From an uncultured Bifidobacterium sp. (GTDB lineage Bacteria; Actinomycetota; Acidimicrobiia; Acidimicrobiales; Ilumatobacteraceae): a DNA stretch of 64,000 bases. Location of the stretch: contig CAYZFZ010000004.1 of NCBI GenBank assembly GCA_964477795.1, positions 1,013 through 65,012 on the forward strand, read 5' to 3'. Shown here in pieces: positions 35,959-44,343 of the stretch. How positions within the stretch are numbered: the stretch's first letter is position 1; each line of letters starts with the position of its first letter. Under the pieces are notes generated by a model. That model made no database searches, was not told the DNA's origin, and was given only the letters and a program-made list of their open reading frames with translations. The translations under genes and the position numbers were made by a program.

Positions 35959-37290
35959 TCACTCCCGGCTGAGGGCGGCCACGACGTCACCGGCGACGCG
36001 TTGGCCGGATTCGATGGCACCTTCGATGTAGCCGGGGTGCTCGCGGGCGGTCTCGGTGCCGGCCCAGTGGATGGGCCCGACGGGGTCGTTGGCGTCGGGT
36101 GCGGTCGCTGGGGCATCGGCGTTCGGCAGGGCTGCGTACCCGCCGCCGACGTAGGGGTCGAGATGCCAGGACTTCTCGTGCCAGCTCACCGGTTGCGTGA
36201 CGGCGGTGCCGAGGTGGCCGGCCAGCGGGCCGAGGAGGGCGGCCTGGCGCTCGTCGGCCGACATCGTGTCGAGGGTTCTGGCTTCGGGCCCGGCGACGAG
36301 GAGGCACAGGTGGCCGGGCCCGTCGGGCGATGAGGTGTCGAAGACGGCAGCGCCGGGTTGGTCGAGCATGATCAGTTCGGTGTGGGCGCGACTGTCGCGC
36401 CAGAACGGCCGCGCGTACACGGCGATCGCCTTGTAGACGATGCCCATGTGGGTGTTGGCGATGAGCTGTGCACGCGCCGGCGGAAGCGGCGGGTCGAAGG
36501 TGATCGACGCCGTCATCGGCGGGGGCACGGTCACGATCGCCTTGGTGGAGCGGATGGTGCCCTCCGGCGTGTGGATGGTGACGCCGGCGTCGTCGTAGGA
36601 CACACGGGTGACCCGCCGGCCGGTCAGCACGCGGGGGCCGAGCTCGTCGGCCATGCGCTCGGCGAGGCTGCCGGCGCCTTCCAGGACGAGGGCCTCCTGG
36701 GCACCGCCTTTGGTCTTGACCATGTCGGCGAGCCCGCCCTGCGAGCGGATCATGTCACCGAAGTCCGCCATCGCGTAGGTGTCGAGGTCGGCGCAGGTGG
36801 TCGCGGTGACCATGACGTCGAGGGCGCGGCGGGCCGTTGTCGACCGCACCCGAGTGGCGAGCCACTCGCGCACCGACCCGTCGGCCCATCGCGTCGGGTT
36901 CTGCGTGCGCCGGGCGGCGATCTCCCAGCGCACCAGCGCGAGGTTCGCCCACAGCATCGGCAGGCTCAGGGCGCCGATGCGCTTGCGTCCTCTGACGAAG
37001 TCCGGCTGCTTGGGGGTGTCCATCGGGAACACGGTCGCGCGCAGTTCGGCGGCCAGCGCTTCGAACCGGTGGTGTCCGTGACCGACCCATTGGCCGCCGA
37101 GGTCGAGTCGCGATCCGAGCGGTGAGGTCTCGGCCAGCACCCGCCCGCCGACGCGACCGGCGGCCTCGACCACGACGACGTCGATGCCGGCTCGGTGCAG
37201 GGCGCGAGCGGCGACGAGGCCCGCCATCCCGGCGCCGACCACCACGACGGTGGCGGTCTGGGAGCCGTCTGCTTCGGGTTCCGATGTCAT
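35959..37290 (-). CDS. FAD-dependent amine oxidase (flavin monoamine oxidase family)
   Basis: Dinucleotide fold VVVVGAGMAGLVAARAL...VVVVEAAGRVGGR. The C-terminal GTETA...PGYIEGAIESG is typical of amine oxidases. Confidence 0.85.
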   Translation of the reverse strand: MTSEPEADGSQTATVVVVGAGMAGLVAARALHRAGIDVVVVEAAGRVGGRVLAETSPLGSRLDLGGQWVGHGHHRFEALAAELRATVFPMDTPKQPDFVRGRKRIGALSLPMLWANLALVRWEIAARRTQNPTRWADGSVREWLATRVRSTTARRALDVMVTATTCADLDTYAMADFGDMIRSQGGLADMVKTKGGAQEALVLEGAGSLAERMADELGPRVLTGRRVTRVSYDDAGVTIHTPEGTIRSTKAIVTVPPPMTASITFDPPLPPARAQLIANTHMGIVYKAIAVYARPFWRDSRAHTELIMLDQPGAAVFDTSSPDGPGHLCLLVAGPEARTLDTMSADERQAALLGPLAGHLGTAVTQPVSWHEKSWHLDPYVGGGYAALPNADAPATAPDANDPVGPIHWAGTETAREHPGYIEGAIESGQRVAGDVVAALSRE

Positions 37291-37326
37291 GTCGTACTCC
37301 TGCTCGGGGGCAACCCGATCTCGAAA

Positions 37327-37346
37327 AGTCAGTCATTTGACTGACT
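37327..37346. promoter_or_regulatory. Perfect 20-bp palindrome (candidate TetR operator)
   Basis: AGTCAGTCA-TT-TGACTGACT between the divergent amine oxidase and TetR genes. A second palindrome, CGGTCG-AA-CGACCG, lies at 37397..37410. Confidence 0.55.
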
Positions 37347-37418
37347 CAGAGAATGTCGTGAAGCTGTCGTTCTGTCAAGAGTCGGTGATAGATATTCGGT
37401 CGAACGACCGGATCGGAG

Positions 37419-38021
37419 ATGGCAGTGGTGTATGTCGAAGCGTCGTTGCGACGGCCGCAACTCGTCGCGGCCGCGCGCCGCGCGCTCGCCCGCGACGGTG
37501 TCGCCCAGACCTCGCTGCGCGCCGTCGCCGCCGAAGCCGGAGTGCCACTCGGCACCATGCAACACGTCTTCCCCACCAAGGAACTGCTCTTGCGTGCCGT
37601 CATCGAGGACGTCATCGACGAGATCGCCGGCGTCCTCACGTCGCTCGCCGACGCCGAACACGGATTGGAGCATGCGATCCGTACCGCGCTCACCAGCTTC
37701 TGGCAGCAGCTCGTCGAGGCCGACTCGGGCCTCCAGCTGATGCAGTACGAACTGACCCTCTACGCCCTGCGCAACGCCGGTCAGGAGGAGCTCGCCCGCT
37801 GGCAATACGAGCGCTACGCAGACGTCATCGCCGAGTGGTGCCAACTCGCCGCCAGCAAGGCCGGCGAGACCTGCCGCATCCCTTTCGGCCAGCTCGCCCG
37901 CATCATCCTCGCCGGTCTGGACGGCCTGATCATTCAGCACGTCTGCGACCCCAACCCGTCGCGCTCGCGCCAGAACCTCGACGCGCTGATCGAAACCTTT
38001 CCCTGCCTCGTTCGAACCTGA
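37419..38021 (+). CDS. TetR-family transcriptional regulator
   Basis: 200 aa. HTH LVAAARRALARDGVAQTSLRAVAAEAGVPLGTMQHVFPTKELLL. Confidence 0.85.
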   Translation: MAVVYVEASLRRPQLVAAARRALARDGVAQTSLRAVAAEAGVPLGTMQHVFPTKELLLRAVIEDVIDEIAGVLTSLADAEHGLEHAIRTALTSFWQQLVEADSGLQLMQYELTLYALRNAGQEELARWQYERYADVIAEWCQLAASKAGETCRIPFGQLARIILAGLDGLIIQHVCDPNPSRSRQNLDALIETFPCLVRT

Positions 38022-38064
38022 CAACCACCGCTCCGGACGGCGAGATGCGTCCTCGCCGCGTAGC

Positions 38065-39243
38065 GTGGGGTGCATGGCGATCAGTCGGTTGATCGAATCG
38101 CAGGAGCAGGTCGACGCGCTGGCGCGAGCAGCCAACCAGGCGTCTCGGGATGGCCGCTGGGAGGACGCGGCAGCGGCGCTGCGGGCGATGCTCGCCCACC
38201 CCTGTGCTCGTCACCTGCTCGTCGACTACGAGGTGCTCAACGAGCTGCACCACGCGCTGCGGAACGCACGCCGCTTCGACGAGGCGATCGATGCCAAACG
38301 GGCAGCAATCACAGCCGGCTACCGGTCCGACCCTGACCCCGAGGCCGACATCGCCGAGGTGCTGCTCCAGGCAGGACGACGTGACGAAGCAGACCAGCTG
38401 TACGGCGAGCTTCGTCAGCGCGACCCGGACGACGTCTGGCTGTACAACTCGGCGGGCTTCTCCTATGCGGGCATCGACGACCGCCGGGCGCTGCAATGGT
38501 GCCTCGACGGGATCGATGTGGCGATCGCAACGGGTGACCCCGATCAGGTGGTGATCCAGTTGCTCGAGATGGCGGAGCGCCTGTGGTCGGTGCTCGGCGA
38601 GCCGGCGGATGAATCACTGGTCGAGCGCGTCGAACGATTCACCGCCGAGTGGACGCCAGTCCCGCATCGGCCGCGCTGGGGCGACCTGCCGCCCGCTCCG
38701 GTGATGACGGTGTGTGAGCACTGTGGCTTCGATCCCGATGCGCCGCTGCAGGAGATCGGTGCAACGGCTCGTGCAGTGGCCCCGGCTGCTCGGCCGACGA
38801 TGCTGGCGTTCGCGTGGTTCCCGTCCGACGAGTGGGCCGCCGCCCGCACGTGGTGGCCAGATCTCGCCGACCTTCCGGCGGATCACACCGCGTACAGCCA
38901 TCAGATCGAGTCTCGGGTGAAGGCGATCGCCAAGCACACGACCGGTCACCCGTTCCACATCGCCCCGCTCCGCGTCGATGAGCTGATCACCGTGATGGGG
39001 GAGCGTGCCGGCACTGCTACTGGTCGGTCCGAGCGGGCGGCGCAGATGGTGCAGGAGGGTCGCGCGATCGCATGGCCGCCCGCCCGCAACGACAGATGCT
39101 GGTGCGGTTCCGGCCGCAAGTACAAGCAGTGCTGCGCACCGGTGGCTGCAGCGCCAGCCGACGATGAGGTGGAGGAAGTTGCCTCGCCGGATCACCGTGC
39201 AGCCCCCGACCAGAGGCCTACTCGGGCGCCGGGGAGCGGCTGA
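38065..39243 (+). CDS. TPR-like repeat protein with SEC-C motif (paralog of 410..1210)
   Basis: 392 aa. The C-terminal region contains CWCGSGRKYKQCC. A shared central block with the paralog includes HPCARH, GYRS.P.P.A.IAE, AGRRD and DDVWLYNSAG. Confidence 0.75.
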   Translation: MGCMAISRLIESQEQVDALARAANQASRDGRWEDAAAALRAMLAHPCARHLLVDYEVLNELHHALRNARRFDEAIDAKRAAITAGYRSDPDPEADIAEVLLQAGRRDEADQLYGELRQRDPDDVWLYNSAGFSYAGIDDRRALQWCLDGIDVAIATGDPDQVVIQLLEMAERLWSVLGEPADESLVERVERFTAEWTPVPHRPRWGDLPPAPVMTVCEHCGFDPDAPLQEIGATARAVAPAARPTMLAFAWFPSDEWAAARTWWPDLADLPADHTAYSHQIESRVKAIAKHTTGHPFHIAPLRVDELITVMGERAGTATGRSERAAQMVQEGRAIAWPPARNDRCWCGSGRKYKQCCAPVAAAPADDEVEEVASPDHRAAPDQRPTRAPGSG

Positions 39244-39781
39244 CGACGAGTCGCGCTGCGAGCCGGCGAGCGTCGCGTGCAGGGCGTGGTCCGTGGTGGA
39301 TCAGGCAGTCGATGGTGGCACCATCCGCGAGCGCGACGAGGTGCGTGGCGACGGCTCGCGGTGCCTCGACTCCGCCGGCACGGAGGTGCCGTTCGACGCG
39401 CCGCGCGAAGGAGCGTTTGTGTTCTGCGACGATCCGTTGGGCGGGGTGTGCGCCGGGAAGCTCGATGGTTGCCTGGACGAATGGGCATCCGGTGAACCCG
39501 GGCCGGCTTGCGGCTCTGGCGATGCGGTCGAACATCGCGAGGACGGTCTCGACGCCGAGCGGCGCCGCCGGGAGGAGCCAGTCGAGATGCGCCGGGTCGC
39601 GCGCGCGGAGCACTTCGACGATGAGCGCGTCCTTGGAGGCGAAGTGCCGGTACAGCGACATCTTGCCGACGCCGGCGGTCGCTGCGATCTGGTCGACCCC
39701 GGTGATGTTGATGCCGTCGCGGGCGAACAGCACGGTCGCGGCGTCGAGCACGCGCTGTCGGGCGTCGTGGCGGCCGGGCAT
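39218..39781 (-). CDS. TetR-family transcriptional regulator
   Basis: ATG at 39781. HTH VLDAATVLFARDGINITGVDQIAATAGVGKMSLYRHFASKDALI. The track ORF is over-extended to 40276. Confidence 0.85.
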   Translation of the reverse strand: MPGRHDARQRVLDAATVLFARDGINITGVDQIAATAGVGKMSLYRHFASKDALIVEVLRARDPAHLDWLLPAAPLGVETVLAMFDRIARAASRPGFTGCPFVQATIELPGAHPAQRIVAEHKRSFARRVERHLRAGGVEAPRAVATHLVALADGATIDCLIHHGPRPARDARRLAARLVVSRSPAPE

Positions 39782-39785
39782 CTGT

Positions 39786-39811
39786 GGGATGATACCGAGC
39801 GGTATCATCCC
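39786..39811. promoter_or_regulatory. Perfect 11-4-11 palindrome (candidate TetR operator)
   Basis: GGGATGATACC-GAGC-GGTATCATCCC, 5 nt from the TetR start and 42 nt from the MerB-like start. Confidence 0.6.
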
Positions 39812-39852
39812 AGGGGCGAACCGATGCGGGTCGCGTGACGAGGAGTGGCGAC

Positions 39853-40536
39853 ATGGACAGCGTTGAGCTCGACGAGGTGCTCGAAGACGTACGGCTCGCG
39901 GTCTATCGATCCCTTGCCGACACGGGCCGGCTGCCGAGTCCGGATCGGCTGGCAGAGATCGCTCACAGCCCCGTGCGAGCCGGGGAAGCCATCGTCGAAC
40001 TCGCCCGCCAACGGGCATGGGCACTCGGCCCGGACGGCGCGATCGAGCTGGCTCATCCGTTCGGGACGCGGTCGTTCGGGTACAGCGTGATGAGCGCGAC
40101 CACGCTGTGGTGGGGCGGCTGCTGCTGGGACGCGTTCGCGATCCCGCACCTGGTTCCTCACTGCGGCCCGGCGATCGTCGCCGGCGCGTGCCCCGCGTGC
40201 GACCGCCCACTCGCATGGCGGGTCGACACTCACGCGCCGCCCGAGGGCCCGCAACGGGCGCACTTCCTCGTGCCAACGGCGCACATGTGGGACGACGTCC
40301 TCCACACCTGCAGCAACCAGCTCCTGTTCTGCGACGACGCGTGCATCGACGCCTGGCTCGAGCGAACCGGCAACGCCGAGGGCTACCGCATGGATCTCGC
40401 GACCCTGTGGCGCTTCGCCTCCCAGTGGTACGCCGGCCGGCTCGACCGCGGCTACACGCGGCGCGAGCCGGCCGAGGCGCGCTCGTACTTCCAGTCCGTC
40501 GGGCTTCACGGGCCGTTCTGGGGATTGGACGACTGA
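39853..40536 (+). CDS. Alkylmercury (organomercurial) lyase MerB-family protein
   Basis: GAGGAG precedes the ATG at 39853. N-terminal wHTH-like region. WWGGCCWDAFAIP gives C-x2-D spacing like MerB Cys96/Asp99. The later LLFCDDAC is a candidate Cys159 equivalent. Confidence 0.55.
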   Translation: MDSVELDEVLEDVRLAVYRSLADTGRLPSPDRLAEIAHSPVRAGEAIVELARQRAWALGPDGAIELAHPFGTRSFGYSVMSATTLWWGGCCWDAFAIPHLVPHCGPAIVAGACPACDRPLAWRVDTHAPPEGPQRAHFLVPTAHMWDDVLHTCSNQLLFCDDACIDAWLERTGNAEGYRMDLATLWRFASQWYAGRLDRGYTRREPAEARSYFQSVGLHGPFWGLDD

Positions 40537-40619
40537 TCCCACGTGCTCGCGGTGGCTGCCCACGTTCGGGCTGACCGCGTCGTCACGTTCGACGTCGGCG
40601 ACTTCCCGGAAGGGCGTGG

Positions 40620-41174
40620 TCAGGTCGCGACGTGATCGACCAGATCGAGAACCTGGGTGGTGGTGCGCCAGTTCCGGATGGTCATCAGGCGGTACTCGGG
40701 CGTGCCCATGATCGACGACAGTCTGCTCTGGGTGCGGCGTTCGATCAGGCGCTCGAAGTAGAGCACGCCGGTGCCGGCCCAGGCCCGGTCGACGCCGTCG
40801 CGGACCTGGACGACGCTCATCGCGGCCGAGGGGGTGAGCGGCGCCTTCAGGAAGATCACGTCGCTGTGGTGCTGGTCCGGAGACTCCCCGAAGCCGGGTG
40901 GTTTCGCGGCGACGACGGAGCGCATCTGGCGCGCCGACCGCACCACGACGGCGATGGGGATGCCGAAGCGTTGCTCCAGCACCGCCTCGAGGTGCGCTTC
41001 GAGCCGTGCCGCGGGGTGCTCGGTGGCGAACGCCACGTTGCCGGACTGGATGTACGTCCCGACGGAGCCGCATCCGGCCTCGGTGAATGCGTCACGCAAC
41101 TCGGCCATCGGCACGCGGTTGCGACCGCCGACGTTGATGCCGCGCAGCAACGCTGCGTACCGCTGTACCACCAT
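40620..41174 (-). CDS. DUF1697-family protein
   Basis: 184 aa. The N-terminus YAALLRGINVGGRNRVPMAELR is the DUF1697 signature. Confidence 0.85.
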   Translation of the reverse strand: MVVQRYAALLRGINVGGRNRVPMAELRDAFTEAGCGSVGTYIQSGNVAFATEHPAARLEAHLEAVLEQRFGIPIAVVVRSARQMRSVVAAKPPGFGESPDQHHSDVIFLKAPLTPSAAMSVVQVRDGVDRAWAGTGVLYFERLIERRTQSRLSSIMGTPEYRLMTIRNWRTTTQVLDLVDHVAT

Positions 41175-41388
41175 GTCGGAACCCTACCGAGGGCGCGGCG
41201 GGTCGGCTGCCGTGCCCGTCCGGGCTGCGCTCCGTCGGTGCAGGCCGGCCCGTGGGAGCTCATGGCGTCGGACTTGACCAGCTTCATCGTGCTCCCGCTG
41301 AGGTGGGGGTCGCGCTGCGGCTACCCTCGCACCTCGTGGGAGACGCAGGCGGGTACCAGGAGACGCCGGGTCGCGCCGTCACTGGTCC

Positions 41389-42048
41389 ATGACCAGCGAC
41401 CTCACCCGCTACGGCGCCGGCGCGTACGCGACGGTGTTCGACTACCTGGCGCTGACCGACGAGGTCCGGCCGAGCGACGCGATCGTCTGCTTCGGAAGCC
41501 GCGACCTGCACGTGCCGCATCGTGCGGCCGAGCTGTTCCACCAGGGCGTTGCCCCGCTGGTGCTCACCACGGGTGGGGTGACGCTGTCGGATGATCGCTG
41601 TGAAGCCGACGTGTTCGCCGACGAGCTCGAGCGGCGTGGCGTTCCCCGGCATCGCATCGTCGCCGAGCGTGACTCGGCCCACACCGGCGACAACGTGCGC
41701 CTTGGCATCGCGACGTTGCAGGAACGCCACGGAGCAATCACGTCGGTGATCTCCGTCGCCTGGCCGTTCGCCGCCCGGCGCTGCGTCGCGACGTTCGCGC
41801 GACATCACCCGCGCATGAAGGTGCGCTCGGCGCCGGCGTTCTGGCGAGCTGGCCTGCGCACTCCGTTCACCCGCGTCGCGGCCGGCCGCGCCGTGGACCA
41901 ACTGTCGCGCCTGACGCACTATGCGGAACGCGGCGAGATCATCATCCACGAGACGCCGGCCGCCGTCAGGCGCGCGGCAGCGACGCTGAAGGAACTGCTC
42001 GCGCACTCACCCGCGTCGAGCAGCCGCGCTCCTGCGCTCACCGAGTGA
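41389..42048 (+). CDS. YdcF/DUF218-family protein
   Basis: 219 aa. AIVCFGSRD...LVLTTGG...RIVAERDSAHTGDN fits the DUF218 fold pattern. Confidence 0.7.
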   Translation: MTSDLTRYGAGAYATVFDYLALTDEVRPSDAIVCFGSRDLHVPHRAAELFHQGVAPLVLTTGGVTLSDDRCEADVFADELERRGVPRHRIVAERDSAHTGDNVRLGIATLQERHGAITSVISVAWPFAARRCVATFARHHPRMKVRSAPAFWRAGLRTPFTRVAAGRAVDQLSRLTHYAERGEIIIHETPAAVRRAAATLKELLAHSPASSSRAPALTE

Positions 42049-42874
42049 CGAGCGCGGCCTCGACCGCACGCAGGTGCACGGCGTCGGCGAAGCGGTCGAC
42101 GAGTGGCGGCAGGGCATGGCCCACAGCGCGCTCGATGAGCTGATCGGCGAACCACGCGTTCTTCGCCAGAAGCGGACCGTGCAGGTAGGTGCCGATCACC
42201 GTCCCCGCCACGGCGCCCTCGAGGCGGTCGTCGCCGTTGTTGCCGGCACCGACGAGCACGGTGCCAAGAGGCTGGCAACCTGCGCCGAGCTCGGTGCGCC
42301 CCTGGTGGTTCTCGAACCCGACGAGTCGGGACGCAGGGAGTCGTGCAGCAGCAGGGAGTCGTGCAGCAGCAGGGAGTCGTGCAGCAGCAGTGAGTCGTGC
42401 AGCAGCAGGGAGTGGCGGCGGGGCGTGCATTCCCGCAGCGGTCACCTCGACGACGACGTTGCCCACGAGTCGTGGCCTGTCGCGTCGGGTGGTGACCGCG
42501 TCGAGCAACCCGAGGCCGGGGATCGTGCCGTCCGCCGTGACGTACTCGTGGCCGAGTAGCTGGAAGCCACCGCAGATCCCGAGCACGGTGGTGCCGGCGG
42601 CCGCAGCAGCGGCGAGCGTCTCGCGGTGCCGCAGCAGGTCGGTGCCGCAGGCGCGCTGGTCGCGATCTTGGCCTCCACCGAGGTACACGAGGTCCGGTCG
42701 CGTGGTACCGAACGTGTCGCCGAGGTGCATCGTGGTGAGCTCGAAGGCGATGCCCCTGCGCCGGCACCGCTGGGCGAGCACGAGCACGTTGCCGCGGTCC
42801 GCGTACAGGTTCAGGCGCTCCGGGTACAGCACCGTCGTCCGCATCACCATGCCGGCGCTGTGCACGCTCACCAC
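42038..42874 (-). CDS. gatD: Lipid II isoglutaminyl synthase, glutaminase subunit GatD
   Basis: LYPERLNLYADRGN, catalytic ICGGFQLLG, LVGFENHQGRT and YLHGPLLAKN. Overlaps the murT stop. The start may be 42874/42871 (GTG) or 42850/42844 (ATG). Confidence 0.9.
   Translation of the reverse strand: MVSVHSAGMVMRTTVLYPERLNLYADRGNVLVLAQRCRRRGIAFELTTMHLGDTFGTTRPDLVYLGGGQDRDQRACGTDLLRHRETLAAAAAAGTTVLGICGGFQLLGHEYVTADGTIPGLGLLDAVTTRRDRPRLVGNVVVEVTAAGMHAPPPLPAAARLTAAARLPAAARLPAAARLPASRLVGFENHQGRTELGAGCQPLGTVLVGAGNNGDDRLEGAVAGTVIGTYLHGPLLAKNAWFADQLIERAVGHALPPLVDRFADAVHLRAVEAALVTR
42336..42415 (-). repeat. In-frame 18-bp tandem repeat (4 full copies plus a partial) inside gatD
   Basis: Forward unit GGGAGTCGTGCAGCAGCA at 42336, 42354 and 42372, variant GTGAGTCGTGCAGCAGCA at 42390, and partial GGGAGTGG at 42408. 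It encodes PLPAAARLTAAARLPAAARLPAAARLPA. Confidence 0.9.
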
Positions 42875-44343
42875 CAGTACCGCGCAGCGTGTCCTTGCTC
42901 AGCGACGGTCTCACGTACGTCGAGCATCGCGGAGTAGTTGGCCACCGTCACCACCGGCCCGTCGGCCCGTTCGAGCGCACGTTGCAGGGGCGCGGCGATG
43001 CCGTCGACCACCTCGATCATCGTGGCGTCGATGCCCGCGTAGTCGAGCCGAAGTGCCGCCTCAGCCGCGCGCGAGCCGCCGCATGTGGCGCGTCCGACGT
43101 GCGGTGCGAGCCGCTCGACGTCGCTGTCCCAGATCCACGAGACGTCGCGCCCGTCGAGATCGCGATCGTTGAGCACGAACAGCAGGTCGAGCGGTCCCGG
43201 CTCGCTGCCGAGCATGGTGATCACCTCGTCGAAGCCGCATGGGTTCTTGGCCAGCACGAGCGTGGCCGTCTGCCCGCCGATCTGCAGTTGCTCGCTACGC
43301 CCGAATGCGCCGGTGCAGCCGGTGAGCCCCGCCACGATCGATCCGAACGAGTAGCCGAGCGCGAGTGCGGCCCCTGCGGCGGCGGTGGCGTTGGCCACGT
43401 TGAAGCGGCCGGGCACCGACAGCTGCACGCGCTCGGCGACGGAGGTGCCGGTCTCGGTGTCGCGCACGGTGAGCGTGAACGACGCGCCGCGGAGACCGTG
43501 CACCGAGACGTCGCTGCCCTCGACCACCGGAACCGGCGGCCGGTGATCCCCACAGTTGGGGCACGACCAGCTGCCGAGGTGGCCGACGTGAGCGCCCCGG
43601 TAGCCCAACACCCCGCCGCAGTGCAGGCAGTCGGGCACGTCTGTGCTGCCGACGGGAGCCTCGCGGTCGTGGTCGGCGAGCCCGACGTGCACGATGTTCG
43701 GGTGGGTCGAGGCCAGCTGGCACACGCGGGGGTCGTCGGCGTTCACCACCAGCACGGTCGACGGTGGCAGCCCTTCGACGCACGCGCGCCAGCGAGCCGC
43801 CACCCGATCGATCTCGCCCATGCGGTCGAGCTGGTCGCGGAACAGGTTGCCGAGCACGATGACTCGCGGGGCCAGCGGGCCGACCATGTGGTCGAGCCAC
43901 AGCTCGTCGGCCTCGAACACACCGACATCGGCGCGCAGGGTGCCGCGGTGAGAGCGCCCGATCAGCTCGGCGCACACCCCGGGTGGCATGTTGGCGCCCA
44001 GGTGGTTCACCACCGGATTGTGGCCCGCGGCGCGCGCGATCTCGGCGAGCAGATTCGTGGTGGTGGTCTTGCCGTTGGTGGCCGACACGAGCGTGCACCC
44101 GCCGGGAAGCCGGCCCGCGAGGGTGGCCAGTGCGTGCGGCGCAGATCCCATCAGCGCACGCCCGGCGCGACTCGGGTCGATGCGCGAGTCGGTGTGACGA
44201 TCGAGGCTGCGCAGCGCGCGTGCGGCAGCCACCGTAAACTCGAATCGCCGCCCAGGCTCGCTCCCCAGTGCGGGCGAGCGGATCGCCCGATCCAGCAGCC
44301 TGGCACCGAGGCGGGCGAGCGGGGCGCGCACGGCTACCCCCAT
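42868..44343 (-). CDS. murT: Lipid II isoglutaminyl synthase, Mur-ligase-like subunit MurT
   Basis: P-loop SATNGKTTTT. Cys4 ribbon CLHCGG...CPNCG. Mur-ligase central domain and DUF1727-like C-terminus. ATG at 44343. The track ORF is over-extended to 44946. Confidence 0.9.
   Translation of the reverse strand: MGVAVRAPLARLGARLLDRAIRSPALGSEPGRRFEFTVAAARALRSLDRHTDSRIDPSRAGRALMGSAPHALATLAGRLPGGCTLVSATNGKTTTTNLLAEIARAAGHNPVVNHLGANMPPGVCAELIGRSHRGTLRADVGVFEADELWLDHMVGPLAPRVIVLGNLFRDQLDRMGEIDRVAARWRACVEGLPPSTVLVVNADDPRVCQLASTHPNIVHVGLADHDREAPVGSTDVPDCLHCGGVLGYRGAHVGHLGSWSCPNCGDHRPPVPVVEGSDVSVHGLRGASFTLTVRDTETGTSVAERVQLSVPGRFNVANATAAAGAALALGYSFGSIVAGLTGCTGAFGRSEQLQIGGQTATLVLAKNPCGFDEVITMLGSEPGPLDLLFVLNDRDLDGRDVSWIWDSDVERLAPHVGRATCGGSRAAEAALRLDYAGIDATMIEVVDGIAAPLQRALERADGPVVTVANYSAMLDVRETVAEQGHAARYWW

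Noticed and set aside
39853-40536. Membership of a mercury-resistance (mer) operon or transposon
   Set aside because: No merR, merT/P, merA or transposase-like genes lie within the surrounding 10 kb. The local regulator is TetR-type.
41175-41388. Riboswitch or other structured leader in the 214-bp region upstream of the DUF218 gene
   Set aside because: I found only short inverted repeats (GGGAGC/GCTCCC) and a loose GGAGACGC direct repeat. Nothing matches a riboswitch core I can recognise. It would need a covariance-model scan.
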